Source of the DNA: an uncultured virus (IMG/VR IMGVR_UViG_3300032307_000587)
Lineage: Duplodnaviria; Heunggongvirae; Uroviricota; Caudoviricetes
Length of the DNA: 64,000 bases
Strand: one strand, 5' to 3'
Virus record (IMG/VR): IMGVR_UViG_3300032307_000587
Shown: piece after piece, positions 17,795 through 28,150 of the stretch
Layout of the letters: each line of letters starts with the position of its first letter
How positions within the stretch are numbered: the stretch's first letter is position 1
Program-made: the position numbers and the translations under genes
Notes under the pieces: model-generated
Told to the model about the DNA's origin: nothing
The model's input: the letters and a program-made list of their open reading frames with translations, nothing else
The model's database searches: none

Positions 17795-20700
17795 ATGGGT
17801 AAAAACGAAACAAACAATGGTAAAAAAGGTGGACTATTAAAAGGTAAGCCTCACTATGATAAAAATGGCAAACCATTGGGCGGTATTAAAGCTATTGTAA
17901 CCGATACAAACACACCCGTAGAACTCGAAGGTGGTGAAGTTATTATTAACAAAGAAGCCTCAAAAAAGTATTGGAGGGAATTATCAAAAATAAATCAAAG
18001 TGCGGGAAATGGAGTGCCTATCAAAAATCCAAATGGAAGTTTTGATGAAGACCCCGAAGAGTACAAAGATGGTGGTAACGTAATTCAGTTTAATCCAAAT
18101 CACACACCAAGTAAAATAATCCTTAACTATGCAAAAAAAATAAAATCAGACTATCCTAAAGTTTGGGATAAAGGTGGTAATATTTTTGGTAACGAAGCGT
18201 TCAATAATTTGAATCGTGTAAGCGAAAGAGGTTATTGGCTTGATAGTGAAAAATGGATGTATATCAAGTGGAGAAGCTATGTAGCAAGACACAAACAAGA
18301 TTTCAGAATTAATGGAGTTGTGGCTATGCTAAAATGGGTAGATAAGGTTGATAGGGGTTGGAGTTATATGAAAGATTTAATCGAATCCGAAATTGATAAA
18401 AAATATCCTACCAAAATGGCTAAAGGCGGTCAAGTTGTTACTTACAAAAATAAATTCAATAAAAAATATGGTTTTGATGAAGATGAAAGTCATAGCCTTA
18501 AAGAAATTTCAAAAATTGCAAAAATAAAATTATCGTCATTGCAAGATATTTACGATAAGGGTATAGGTGCATACAAAACCAATCCTGAATCAGTTAGACC
18601 TAATGTTAAATCAAAAGAACAATGGGCAATGGCAAGGGTATATTCCTCAATTATGGGTGGTAAAGCCTCAAAGGTTGATGCAAATGAATTAACTAAGGGT
18701 AAAATGGCTAAAGGCGGTTTAATTGCACCAAATGGAAACGAAAGCAATCTTACGCCCAAACAATATAAGTTGGTAAGAACGCCTGAATTTAAAGCATGGT
18801 TTGGAGATTGGGAAAATGACCCCGAAAACGCAAGTAAGGTTCTTGATGAAAACGGAGAGCCTTTAATGGTTTATCATGGGACTACTCATAAGTTTTTTGA
18901 ATTTACAAAAGAAAGAGGTAATATTGAAAATCATTTCGGATTGGCTTATTATTTTAGTAGTAGTAAATTAGACATTGAGCAAAATTACTTATCAGTAGGT
19001 GCGGATTTAACAAGTAGAATTGAGAGATTGACAGAACAGTTAGAGGATAGTAAAATATCTCGTGAAAAAGCAAAAGCAAAAGCTATAAAATTATTAAAAG
19101 GTAAAAAAGAAATAATTTTAGATTGTTTTCTGAATTTTAGGAATCCAATAAATATTACAAAAAATGGCACAAGATACGATGCATTAGAGATTGAAAACGA
19201 AGATGGCTATTACGAAGAAAACGAAGATAGTTTGCCAATGAAGTTGTACGAATCAATAAGAACTGTGTCTTATGAATATGGAGGTGTTGATTTTCAAGGG
19301 ATTTTCAATGATATTGCAGAATCTTTAGGTTCTGATTGGGATTATGCTTTGGCTTATGATGTTGATAAGGCATTTAGACAATCGCCAAATCTTTTTGACG
19401 TTACAGATGATTTAGGCAATCTCGCCTCATACGAATTTATAAGAAGGGTTTATGAAGAAATGGGATTTGATGGTATAATCATGGATGCAAATTTAGAATT
19501 TGGTAGCCTAAGAAAGCAAGGCAAAAGTATGATTATGGATGAAGATACCTTGCATTACATGGCTTTTGAATCAAATCAAATAAAACTTGCCGATGGAACT
19601 AATACCACATTTGATGCTAACAATCCTGATATTAGACTTGAAGTTGGTGGTAGAGTAAAGGAATCAATAAAAAAAATGAAACAAAAAAACGTAGTAAAGC
19701 CCGATTATTCAAACAACGATGAAGTGTCGAAAGAGAATATCGAAATGGTTGTTAATCAAAATAAGCAAATATTACACCATACAGAAGAGTTGAAAAAAGC
19801 AATCAATTCAGGGGCGCAAGTTCCCGCTTGGGTTGTTGCTAAAATTAATAGAGCAGCAAATGATATGTCGGATGCTACTCACTATCTTGATGGTACTTTA
19901 AGGTATGCTTTTGGAGGGAATATTCAGTCAGGACAAATGTATGATTGGACAAAATATGGAGTTGAAAATACGATATATGTAACCGAAGTAAAGGATGAAA
20001 TGGTTTTCTACAAACTTAATGGGGTGAATAAAGTTCGTGGGATGAAAGAGTTTATAAAATTCCTTGAAGACAATAATTTAAAAGCGGGATTTGAGCTTAA
20101 AGATGGTGGCGAAATTCCAAAAGGTATCAAAGAGGAAGAGGAACACAAGATGGTTTTGAACGAATTATATCAAAGGAAAATTACACCCGAACAATCGTTA
20201 GAAATCATTGCCAAAGACCATGTTGCCAAAGACCCAAAATATTACAGTAAGTTAGAAAAATATGGCTTACAGAGTGGTGGAACCTTAGTTAATCCAAAAG
20301 ACAAAGTTGATTATGATTTAAAAAGCGATGCATTTGTAAATACCGAAATATTTAAGTCTGAAATGGATTATATTATTGGTGGATTTATGGTTGATGAACT
20401 TAACAAAATAAGGGTTGTTGGTGATACTTCGGCTTTAAATATGGCTAAATTAGATGCTATATTTACAAAAAGATTAGAATTGGCAATTGAAAGTTTTAAG
20501 TCCTCAATAGTATCTTTAGACGATAATGGATTTATCGAAAGTGATGATACAAACGAAGATATTGTAAATGAAATAAATAATATGTTTGAAACGTATTTAG
20601 GTATTACATTCATTTCAGCAGATACCGAAGCAATTGTTGATATAATCAAAAGAGATACTTCTTATTTGACTTGGGTAACAAGAATTGAAACCCGATTAAA

Positions 20701-20857
20701 TTCATTTAAAAGTAGATTGAATTATAATGTAGAGGATGTAATAATGAGTGATACAAACAAGATGTCTATTAAAGAGATTGAGTATTTAACACTAAACAGT
20801 ACCTTAGAAGATATATTTGAACAATTATATCAAGTAAACGAACAAAACACAATTTAA
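17795..20857 (+). CDS. Large polyvalent protein: ART-PolyVal-like ADP-ribosyltransferase, DUF5824-like and DUF5661-like modules joined by hydrophobic-x-x-GG linkers
   Basis: FKAWFGDW..SKV.DENGEPL.VYHGT...GFDGII...NQIK; IYDKG.GAY.T...EQWAMARVYS; G..EE.EH...IAKDH...PKYYSKL. Confidence 0.7.
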   Translation: MGKNETNNGKKGGLLKGKPHYDKNGKPLGGIKAIVTDTNTPVELEGGEVIINKEASKKYWRELSKINQSAGNGVPIKNPNGSFDEDPEEYKDGGNVIQFNPNHTPSKIILNYAKKIKSDYPKVWDKGGNIFGNEAFNNLNRVSERGYWLDSEKWMYIKWRSYVARHKQDFRINGVVAMLKWVDKVDRGWSYMKDLIESEIDKKYPTKMAKGGQVVTYKNKFNKKYGFDEDESHSLKEISKIAKIKLSSLQDIYDKGIGAYKTNPESVRPNVKSKEQWAMARVYSSIMGGKASKVDANELTKGKMAKGGLIAPNGNESNLTPKQYKLVRTPEFKAWFGDWENDPENASKVLDENGEPLMVYHGTTHKFFEFTKERGNIENHFGLAYYFSSSKLDIEQNYLSVGADLTSRIERLTEQLEDSKISREKAKAKAIKLLKGKKEIILDCFLNFRNPINITKNGTRYDALEIENEDGYYEENEDSLPMKLYESIRTVSYEYGGVDFQGIFNDIAESLGSDWDYALAYDVDKAFRQSPNLFDVTDDLGNLASYEFIRRVYEEMGFDGIIMDANLEFGSLRKQGKSMIMDEDTLHYMAFESNQIKLADGTNTTFDANNPDIRLEVGGRVKESIKKMKQKNVVKPDYSNNDEVSKENIEMVVNQNKQILHHTEELKKAINSGAQVPAWVVAKINRAANDMSDATHYLDGTLRYAFGGNIQSGQMYDWTKYGVENTIYVTEVKDEMVFYKLNGVNKVRGMKEFIKFLEDNNLKAGFELKDGGEIPKGIKEEEEHKMVLNELYQRKITPEQSLEIIAKDHVAKDPKYYSKLEKYGLQSGGTLVNPKDKVDYDLKSDAFVNTEIFKSEMDYIIGGFMVDELNKIRVVGDTSALNMAKLDAIFTKRLELAIESFKSSIVSLDDNGFIESDDTNEDIVNEINNMFETYLGITFISADTEAIVDIIKRDTSYLTWVTRIETRLNSFKSRLNYNVEDVIMSDTNKMSIKEIEYLTLNSTLEDIFEQLYQVNEQNTI

Positions 20858-20858
20858 A

Positions 20859-23800
20859 ATGACCGAAAAAGAAATTACGAATATACCTCAAACTGATTTG
20901 ACTACCCATAGTGCCGATTCAGAGGTAGGGAAACAAATGACATCCGAAACACAAGCGGAAATGGATTTAAGCGCAAAGAGGCAAGATAGAAACGCTTTGC
21001 CTTATATTACTGCATCAAGTTGTACGCCAATAGGGGCAGTTGTTCCAACAAAATTATCTTATGAAACTATCGAATCTTTAAATAATTTTATTCTTGATGA
21101 AGTGGATACAACAAATTTCATTAAAGAAAAGTTAGGCTACAATTCGAGAGTGGCGGTATGTGATAGTTTTGCAGCCGAACAAGTGGATGCCCTTGCTTTA
21201 GCAATTGTACAAATAGAAAAAGGCAAAGGATTTATTTTAGGTGATATGGCGGGAACGGGTAAAGGTAGAGTTGTTGCGGGAATATGTAGATATGCAATAA
21301 TGAATAATAAAATCCCCGTATTTTTCACAATAGGAGCAAATCTTTTTTCTGATATTTATAGAGATTTTGAAGATATTGGCGGTATTAACACCAATGGCGA
21401 ATATCCCAATCCTTTTATTTTAAATAGTGATGCTAAAATCGAAAAGCAAGATAAAGATGAAAAATTAATCACTTTGTATAAACCATATTCTACCAAAGAA
21501 ACGGTAGATTTTTGTAAAAAGGGGAAGATGCCACAAAATACAAATTTTGTAATGGCAACTTATTCACAATTGAGTATGGATGTTGGTGAAGCAAAAAACT
21601 CAAATGGTATTGCAAAATATGATTTCTTAACTAAGATTGCGCCAAATTCAATATTTGTATTGGATGAAAGTCATAAAGGAGCGGGAGAGGGTAATATCGG
21701 CAAAAACATAACCGAAATATTATCATTATCAAAAGGGGTCATGTTTGCTTCTGCAACATATTCTAAGGTTCCAAAATCATTAATGATGTATATTCCACAT
21801 ACGGACATTGTAGAGTCTTCTATTCGCCCAAAAACCATAGTTGATGCGGTAAAAGATAATGGGGAGGTTGTTCAAGAATACATTGCGGGTTTGCTTGTAA
21901 AAAGCGGACAAATGATAAGAAGACAAAGGACATTTGATGGATGTGATGTTTCTTATGAGTACATGAAGGATAAGCCAAAAGAGTATTATTACAAAATGTA
22001 TGATACTTTAATGAATTTATACAATGAAATAGAATCATTTTCTGATAGTGATTTGTATAAAGAGGCAAGAAACAATGCAATATACCGATATGCCAAGATG
22101 GAAGGTATTGAAATTGTAAATCCAACAGAATCAAAGCCAAAATCCAAAGAGGATAAAGATGAATGGAGTAGAAGAAATGCAAATAAGTTTTTTGTAGATT
22201 ATCCTACTACTAATTCATTAAAAGGTAGATTTCAATGGATAGAAAATTTGCTATTTAGTTTAAAATCTGTATTCGTTGCGGAACAAACAATAGAATTGCT
22301 TCAAACTAAAAAAGAAGCAACCTATTTTGAAAACAATGAAACTAAAATAGTAACAACAAATTATAAACCCGTTATTGCATTAAGAAATACGGGAGAATCT
22401 GCACTAAAATTATTAGGATATCAAAATGGTCAGAAACTTACAAGGGCTGAAAATGACTATGCAAAAACATTAGTTTATATTGGCAAATCATTAGTATCAT
22501 CAACAATTACATTTAGCCCCGCAGTAAATAAAAGTCAAGAAAAAATTGTTATACCAAATGCTACAATATTTGATTCTGATTTTACTGATTATGGAGCAAG
22601 ATACTATAAATTGTTGCAAGATTTAACAAGTGCAACTTCGGGATTGCCATTATCTCCTATTGATGCTATTATTGACATTATTGAATCAACACCAAGACCT
22701 GAATGGGATAAGCAATATAGTGGCAATAAATATTATTCAGTTGAAGAGATTACCAAAAGAAGTTTAAATATTAAAAAGGTAACAAACGATGAATTTGTGG
22801 TAAAAACACCGCCTTCAAAAACTATTGTTGAAAAAGTTTTAAACTTTAATAATGGAAGTTCGGATGTTATTATCATTAACACTTCGGGAAGTACGGGATT
22901 GTCTATACATTCAAGTTCAAAATATGTTGACAAAAGACCAAGAGTAATGTTAATTCAACAAGTTGAATTAGATGTCAATACAGAGGTTCAAAAGTGGGGT
23001 AGAATAAATAGAACGGGGCAAGTCAATAAACCCGCTTATAGATATATTGTATCACCTATTCCAACCGAAATAAGAAAATTGATGATGCTAAGAAGGAAGT
23101 TGCGTTCACTTGATGCAAACACTTCGGGAAATGCTAAACAGTCGTCAAAACAATCAGAAATACTTGATAGAAATGGTAACGTGATTGAGGATATGACTAA
23201 TAAGTATGGCTACCAAATATTGTTAGACTTTTTGGATGAACCTCAAAATTCAAGATATAAAGAATTACAATCAGATGATTGGTATGACAAAAATTCATCC
23301 GCAGAGCAAAAATTGGAGTCTTATTTAAGAGCATTGGAAAAAATGTCATGTGTTGACCAAGAGATATTTTATGATACAATGAATGATGCTTATGTTAAGT
23401 TTAAGCAAAAGAAGGAAGAAGATGGCGAATGGGATATTGATACGGACATTGAGGATTTGAAAAGTTCTACCTACAATAAAAAACTTTTATTTCAAGGTAA
23501 CAATGATAATGAGTTTACCAAAAGTGTTTACATTGAGGATAAATACATTCAATCAAAAGGCAAAGTATTCAGTAAAGAAGAGTTGATTAGCACTATCAAT
23601 GAATTGACAGATGGGAAAAGAAATGATGTTTGGCACTCAATGATATTGGATGAATTTGATAACTATTCTGAACAAACAATTGTAGAAATAAAGGAAAATT
23701 ATGGGGAGCCTGATTTAAGTAATGCTACTACCGAAGAGCAAAAGGAAAAAATCATTACTCAACATAATGAAAAAATTGCTATTGCGGTAAATCATGCAAA

Positions 23801-25349
23801 CGAAAAATTGCGTGAAGTTAGAAGAAAATTGTTTTATTTTAGACCTGAAAAGGCAATAGCTATTCCGAAATTAGATGAAGACCTACAAGATGGTTGGTTA
23901 AATGACAGAGGCGAAAGAAAACTTATACCTTACTATGTAGGCATTGTTGTTGGTATTAGATTTTTAAGTAAATCCGATAATAAATTTACGCCAATGAATA
24001 TTCAATTAGAATTGGCTACAATGAGTAAAATTAAGCCAAAAGTAAAATTGTCATTCACTAAACAATATGACAACATGGTAAATTGGATAATGGAAACTAA
24101 TTTGTCGGGCAATGAAATCAACATGGTTAAAGATTGGCAAATACCAAAAAGTCAAGATAGAGATATGATGCGTGTTTTGTCGGGAGAAATATTCAAAGGG
24201 CTTGAAATGGCTAATGAGTTGTTTTCAACTGATAATAATTATCAAGGCAAAAAAAGATTGATAAAATATACAACCGCTACGGGTGGAACGGAATCTTCTG
24301 TTAGGCTATGGACAAACGTAAATAAGCCTTTAAGTAACGGTAAATCACCTTCATTTTTCAATATTAACAGTCAATTGTTTGTGGATTATTTGTTGAATAT
24401 TCCAAGATATAGTGACGTTACTGTAAATATTGGTGATGGAAATCAATTTATTGAGTCTTATAAAAATGGGGATAATGAAGTTACTATAAAACTTTACATT
24501 TTAACGGGATTAGGTTATGGTAAAAAGAAGCCTATCAAGGAACTTATAAGTGTATTATCTGTTGGTGATGAAAGAAAAAACTTTGTAGAATTTATGGGTA
24601 CTGTTGGGTATATGAATTACAGATATTTTACCAAACAAACGCCTGACAAAGAGATAAAATTAAAAAGTGCCGAACACGTTACTTACAATATTTCGGGTGA
24701 ACAATTAAAACCAACTTTAGACTACTTGTTTAAAAACTTTGGATGGGTAATTTTATTAGAAAGTGAAGAAGGATTCACTATAAGAGAGGCGCAAGATATT
24801 TATAAACCAACGGAAGGTCAAACAGAGGAACAAGCGGGAGAATATAAGTATTATCCTACTACAACATTTGATGAAAACAATGCACCTGATAATTACATTA
24901 AAGGCTCATTTAAAGAGAGTGGGAATAATAGATATGGTGAGATAACTTTGTCATTCCCGATAGCATTAATTTATAGACCTCAATATAAAGTTTATCCCGC
25001 AGATATTTCAGAAATAGATGGAGTTAGGGCTATTTTGAATCAAATAACCGATGATGAAAAAAAGGCAAACTACATCAAACAAGTTAAAGAAACTTCTAAT
25101 CTTATAGAAATAGCTACATTTACTCAAAAAATATTAGGATTTTCGCCTAAATTTGCGTTAGGTAATGTCGATACTTTTGAGGCGGGTAGAATTATTTTCG
25201 ATAATATTGAACAAGCATCTAAAAAAGTAGATGAAGAATCAAAACCATCCAAAAAGGTTGAATCTAAAAAAGAAGTTGAAACTGAAAAATTACCTTTAGA
25301 TTGGGAAACTTCACAAGATTTCATTATAAAGTTAAAATCATTAATATAA
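20859..25349 (+). CDS. Strawberry-notch-like SF2 ATPase/helicase
   Basis: EQVDALALAI, FILGDMAGTGKGR, LDESHK, FASATY, SGSTGLSIHS, Q..GRINRTGQ. Confidence 0.85.
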   Translation: MTEKEITNIPQTDLTTHSADSEVGKQMTSETQAEMDLSAKRQDRNALPYITASSCTPIGAVVPTKLSYETIESLNNFILDEVDTTNFIKEKLGYNSRVAVCDSFAAEQVDALALAIVQIEKGKGFILGDMAGTGKGRVVAGICRYAIMNNKIPVFFTIGANLFSDIYRDFEDIGGINTNGEYPNPFILNSDAKIEKQDKDEKLITLYKPYSTKETVDFCKKGKMPQNTNFVMATYSQLSMDVGEAKNSNGIAKYDFLTKIAPNSIFVLDESHKGAGEGNIGKNITEILSLSKGVMFASATYSKVPKSLMMYIPHTDIVESSIRPKTIVDAVKDNGEVVQEYIAGLLVKSGQMIRRQRTFDGCDVSYEYMKDKPKEYYYKMYDTLMNLYNEIESFSDSDLYKEARNNAIYRYAKMEGIEIVNPTESKPKSKEDKDEWSRRNANKFFVDYPTTNSLKGRFQWIENLLFSLKSVFVAEQTIELLQTKKEATYFENNETKIVTTNYKPVIALRNTGESALKLLGYQNGQKLTRAENDYAKTLVYIGKSLVSSTITFSPAVNKSQEKIVIPNATIFDSDFTDYGARYYKLLQDLTSATSGLPLSPIDAIIDIIESTPRPEWDKQYSGNKYYSVEEITKRSLNIKKVTNDEFVVKTPPSKTIVEKVLNFNNGSSDVIIINTSGSTGLSIHSSSKYVDKRPRVMLIQQVELDVNTEVQKWGRINRTGQVNKPAYRYIVSPIPTEIRKLMMLRRKLRSLDANTSGNAKQSSKQSEILDRNGNVIEDMTNKYGYQILLDFLDEPQNSRYKELQSDDWYDKNSSAEQKLESYLRALEKMSCVDQEIFYDTMNDAYVKFKQKKEEDGEWDIDTDIEDLKSSTYNKKLLFQGNNDNEFTKSVYIEDKYIQSKGKVFSKEELISTINELTDGKRNDVWHSMILDEFDNYSEQTIVEIKENYGEPDLSNATTEEQKEKIITQHNEKIAIAVNHANEKLREVRRKLFYFRPEKAIAIPKLDEDLQDGWLNDRGERKLIPYYVGIVVGIRFLSKSDNKFTPMNIQLELATMSKIKPKVKLSFTKQYDNMVNWIMETNLSGNEINMVKDWQIPKSQDRDMMRVLSGEIFKGLEMANELFSTDNNYQGKKRLIKYTTATGGTESSVRLWTNVNKPLSNGKSPSFFNINSQLFVDYLLNIPRYSDVTVNIGDGNQFIESYKNGDNEVTIKLYILTGLGYGKKKPIKELISVLSVGDERKNFVEFMGTVGYMNYRYFTKQTPDKEIKLKSAEHVTYNISGEQLKPTLDYLFKNFGWVILLESEEGFTIREAQDIYKPTEGQTEEQAGEYKYYPTTTFDENNAPDNYIKGSFKESGNNRYGEITLSFPIALIYRPQYKVYPADISEIDGVRAILNQITDDEKKANYIKQVKETSNLIEIATFTQKILGFSPKFALGNVDTFEAGRIIFDNIEQASKKVDEESKPSKKVESKKEVETEKLPLDWETSQDFIIKLKSLI

Positions 25350-25356
25350 AATAACA

Positions 25357-26574
25357 ATGGCAGATATAAAATCATTGCTTGATGAATTAAAGCAAGAAAA
25401 AGCGCAAGAAGTAGAACAGATTCAAAAGTTAATTGAAGATGAAGTAAAAAAAAGAAAAATAGATTTCGATAATTTAAACCAAGACTTAAAAGAAATAATA
25501 ATGACAAAACAAAGTACACCAAGTGGAGGAGGGAATGCTCCCGCTCCTAAAAATCCTATGGATAGTATGCCAAAAAACAAAACCCAAGATGATAATTTGG
25601 TTATTGACGATATTTTCCAAAAAGTGTTTGACGACTTAATGGTAAACAATAATGTTTATTTGTATGGTAAAGCGGGTACGGGTAAAACTGAATTAGCTAA
25701 AGCGGTTGCTCGATATATGAATGTTGGAGAAAAAGACAAATACTATATTTTAAATTGTAGCCAATGGACATCACCAATGCAAATTATCGGTGGTTATTCA
25801 ATTAGAGGATACCAAGAAGGTCAATTGGAGTTAGCGTGGAGATATGGCGGGGTTTTGATATTAGATGAATTGCCAAAATTAGACCCAAATACTGCGGGAT
25901 TGTTAAATGATGCATTATCTCAAAGTTCAAATCCTGATGCCGAAATAACAAGTGGAGAGGGTAAAAAATATAAAAAGAACAAATTTTTTTATGTTATCGG
26001 AGCGGGTAATACAGATATGAAAAGTGTAGGTGCTAACTTTAGCGGGAATAATAGACAAGATTATTCGTTAGTAGATAGATTTACGGGAAGTTTTTATGAA
26101 GTAAAAGAGAATATTGCTTTAGAAAAAAGACTTACTTATACTGCGGTTTATAACATTGGTCAAGGATTAAGACAGTTTTTACAAAAAACCGAAGATAGTG
26201 TAGAGGCTATAACTTTGCGTTCAATGTTGAACTTCAATAGAACCTATCAAGAGCAAATGCTAAGAGAGGTTAGAAGTAGTTTAGCTTTTAAAACTGCGGG
26301 AACACAAAATGAGCCTGATTCAAAGGCTTTCAGACAAGGTAAAACACTTGAAGATAGTGTTATGTCATTTGTTAATTCTTTGGGTACTGATAGAAGAAAA
26401 AATCTTATAGAAACTGCACAATTCCAATCGTTGCAAACCCAAAATATTGTAGGGTTAAGCGAAATATTGGTTGAGGCTATTGAAGAGATTTCTTTATTCC
26501 AAGATGATTTTAAAAGATTGTATGGAATGACAATATCTGATGCCGAAAAACAAGGGTCTAAATCTACAAAATAA
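25357..26574 (+). CDS. MoxR/CobS-like AAA+ ATPase
   Basis: YGKAGTGKT Walker A, GGVLILDE Walker B, AGNT sensor, D.SLVDRF Arg finger. Confidence 0.85.
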   Translation: MADIKSLLDELKQEKAQEVEQIQKLIEDEVKKRKIDFDNLNQDLKEIIMTKQSTPSGGGNAPAPKNPMDSMPKNKTQDDNLVIDDIFQKVFDDLMVNNNVYLYGKAGTGKTELAKAVARYMNVGEKDKYYILNCSQWTSPMQIIGGYSIRGYQEGQLELAWRYGGVLILDELPKLDPNTAGLLNDALSQSSNPDAEITSGEGKKYKKNKFFYVIGAGNTDMKSVGANFSGNNRQDYSLVDRFTGSFYEVKENIALEKRLTYTAVYNIGQGLRQFLQKTEDSVEAITLRSMLNFNRTYQEQMLREVRSSLAFKTAGTQNEPDSKAFRQGKTLEDSVMSFVNSLGTDRRKNLIETAQFQSLQTQNIVGLSEILVEAIEEISLFQDDFKRLYGMTISDAEKQGSKSTK

Positions 26575-26589
26575 TTAATTCCTTAAACT

Positions 26590-27825
26590 ATGGCGGTTGG
26601 AACTATTTTATCATTTAAAGGCGTACATCAATATTGTGAATATTGGGATAGAGAAATGCAAAAAGCGTTAGACTCGAATACCGAATATTCAAAAGAAATA
26701 CTTGAAATGATAAATTTTAATAGAAAGCAGTTAGAAAAAGGGGATACCGCACAAAATAGAGGAAATTATGGATTCCCCGTACCTTTGTCTTATGAGGATG
26801 CTATGAGTAGAAGGATGTTTCTTAATATGGAGTTATATAATAACGCTTATGAGGAATTAAGACCACTTTTGGCTAATTTAGAAAAACTTTCACAAGGGCT
26901 TATTCCAAAAGAAGTAATTAGACCAACAGATTTAGAAATTGGTATTTTTAGTTTTGACAGAGCAGCAATGTCGCTTGAACAAATTCCCGCTTTATTTTGT
27001 AAAAAAAATGGCAAATTTTATGGGATGGATGAAGGGAAAGAGTTGTTAGATTCTAAAGGGGTTCAACTAAAGGACAAAAAAGGTAATTTAAGGTATAAAA
27101 TTATATCAAACGGATTTGATGCAATCTTAACGCAAATGGAAGAAGATGGCGTTAAAATGTTCACGAGTTCAAATAAAAAATCTTTTTTAAGAAAAGAAAA
27201 ACTACCAAAACCTGATAGAATGGTAAGATTGTTTGTTTTAACGGGGGCTAATGCGGGGTATGAAACTTATTATTCGGGTTTAAGTGCAATAATTACTGCA
27301 ATTTATCTCGAATCAAGAGGATATTCAGTTAGGATAACGGGGGTTTTAGGCGTAACGATGAATATACTTTATAAAGGCTCAGTTCAAAGTGGGTCACGAT
27401 TTAGTATGATAGATTTAAAGGCGTATGATGAAACTATGGATTCGTTAAGTTTGCTTTATATTTTAGCGGATTCATCATTTTTTAGAGTTAGGCAATTTAA
27501 TTATTATTTGGCGCAACAATATAAATATAAAGACCCTTTGAATAGTGGGTTAGGTGCGATGCCTAATGCAGATGATTTTTCGGGGATTTTATTCGATAAA
27601 GTAAAAGAAAAAGAAATAGTAGGCGAAAAAGATGTACTTTATTATTTTTTTGGTGGCTCGACTATAACAAATATGGATGCAGCAAAAAAAGAAATAATAT
27701 CTATAATATGTAAGGCTGAAAAACACAATAAAGCAGCTTTACAAAGATTAGGATATAATATGGAAGTAGAGCCAACAAATGAACCAAAAAAGGTAGGTGA
27801 TATAGAATGCCCTAAAGAAAATTAA
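26590..27825 (+). CDS. Putative vWA-like partner of the AAA+ ATPase (degenerate MIDAS)
   Basis: Directly downstream of MoxR-type ATPase; alpha/beta pattern VRLFV...LESRGYSVRI...FFR. Confidence 0.45.
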   Translation: MAVGTILSFKGVHQYCEYWDREMQKALDSNTEYSKEILEMINFNRKQLEKGDTAQNRGNYGFPVPLSYEDAMSRRMFLNMELYNNAYEELRPLLANLEKLSQGLIPKEVIRPTDLEIGIFSFDRAAMSLEQIPALFCKKNGKFYGMDEGKELLDSKGVQLKDKKGNLRYKIISNGFDAILTQMEEDGVKMFTSSNKKSFLRKEKLPKPDRMVRLFVLTGANAGYETYYSGLSAIITAIYLESRGYSVRITGVLGVTMNILYKGSVQSGSRFSMIDLKAYDETMDSLSLLYILADSSFFRVRQFNYYLAQQYKYKDPLNSGLGAMPNADDFSGILFDKVKEKEIVGEKDVLYYFFGGSTITNMDAAKKEIISIICKAEKHNKAALQRLGYNMEVEPTNEPKKVGDIECPKEN

Positions 27826-27826
27826 T

Positions 27827-28150
27827 ATGAATATCGAAAAATCAGTTAAAGATAAAATAAGAAACTACATTCTAAGCTATAATTTAGAGCAGTCGTTAAA
27901 GCCTTTGCCAAGCAAGGGGGTATATGATGTTGAAAGTTGCTTTGAGTTGATGTATAATAAAAAAATTGACAATGTGGTATTTGTTGTTTGTCTTGACATA
28001 GAATATAGCAATTATTCAATCAACAAAAGAACCTACAAGGTGTTCGCTTTTGATAAAAAAAATGGGAATTTAATACCAAATTATCAACAAAGCGGGAAGT
28101 GTTATGATGGTTTTTTTCAAGATTTAGATTTGATAGAAGAGATAATATGA
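27827..28150 (+). CDS. Hypothetical protein
   Basis: 107-aa ORF in operon. Confidence 0.55.
   Translation: MNIEKSVKDKIRNYILSYNLEQSLKPLPSKGVYDVESCFELMYNKKIDNVVFVVCLDIEYSNYSINKRTYKVFAFDKKNGNLIPNYQQSGKCYDGFFQDLDLIEEII

Noticed and set aside
20859..25349. Tape-measure protein or virion RNA polymerase (largest ORF)
   Set aside because: Clear SF2/Strawberry-notch motifs; no tape-measure repeats or DxDGD motif noticed
25357..27825. Cobalamin cobaltochelatase CobST as an auxiliary metabolic function
   Set aside because: No CobN or other cob genes; MoxR-type ATPase/vWA pairs are common phage chaperone modules
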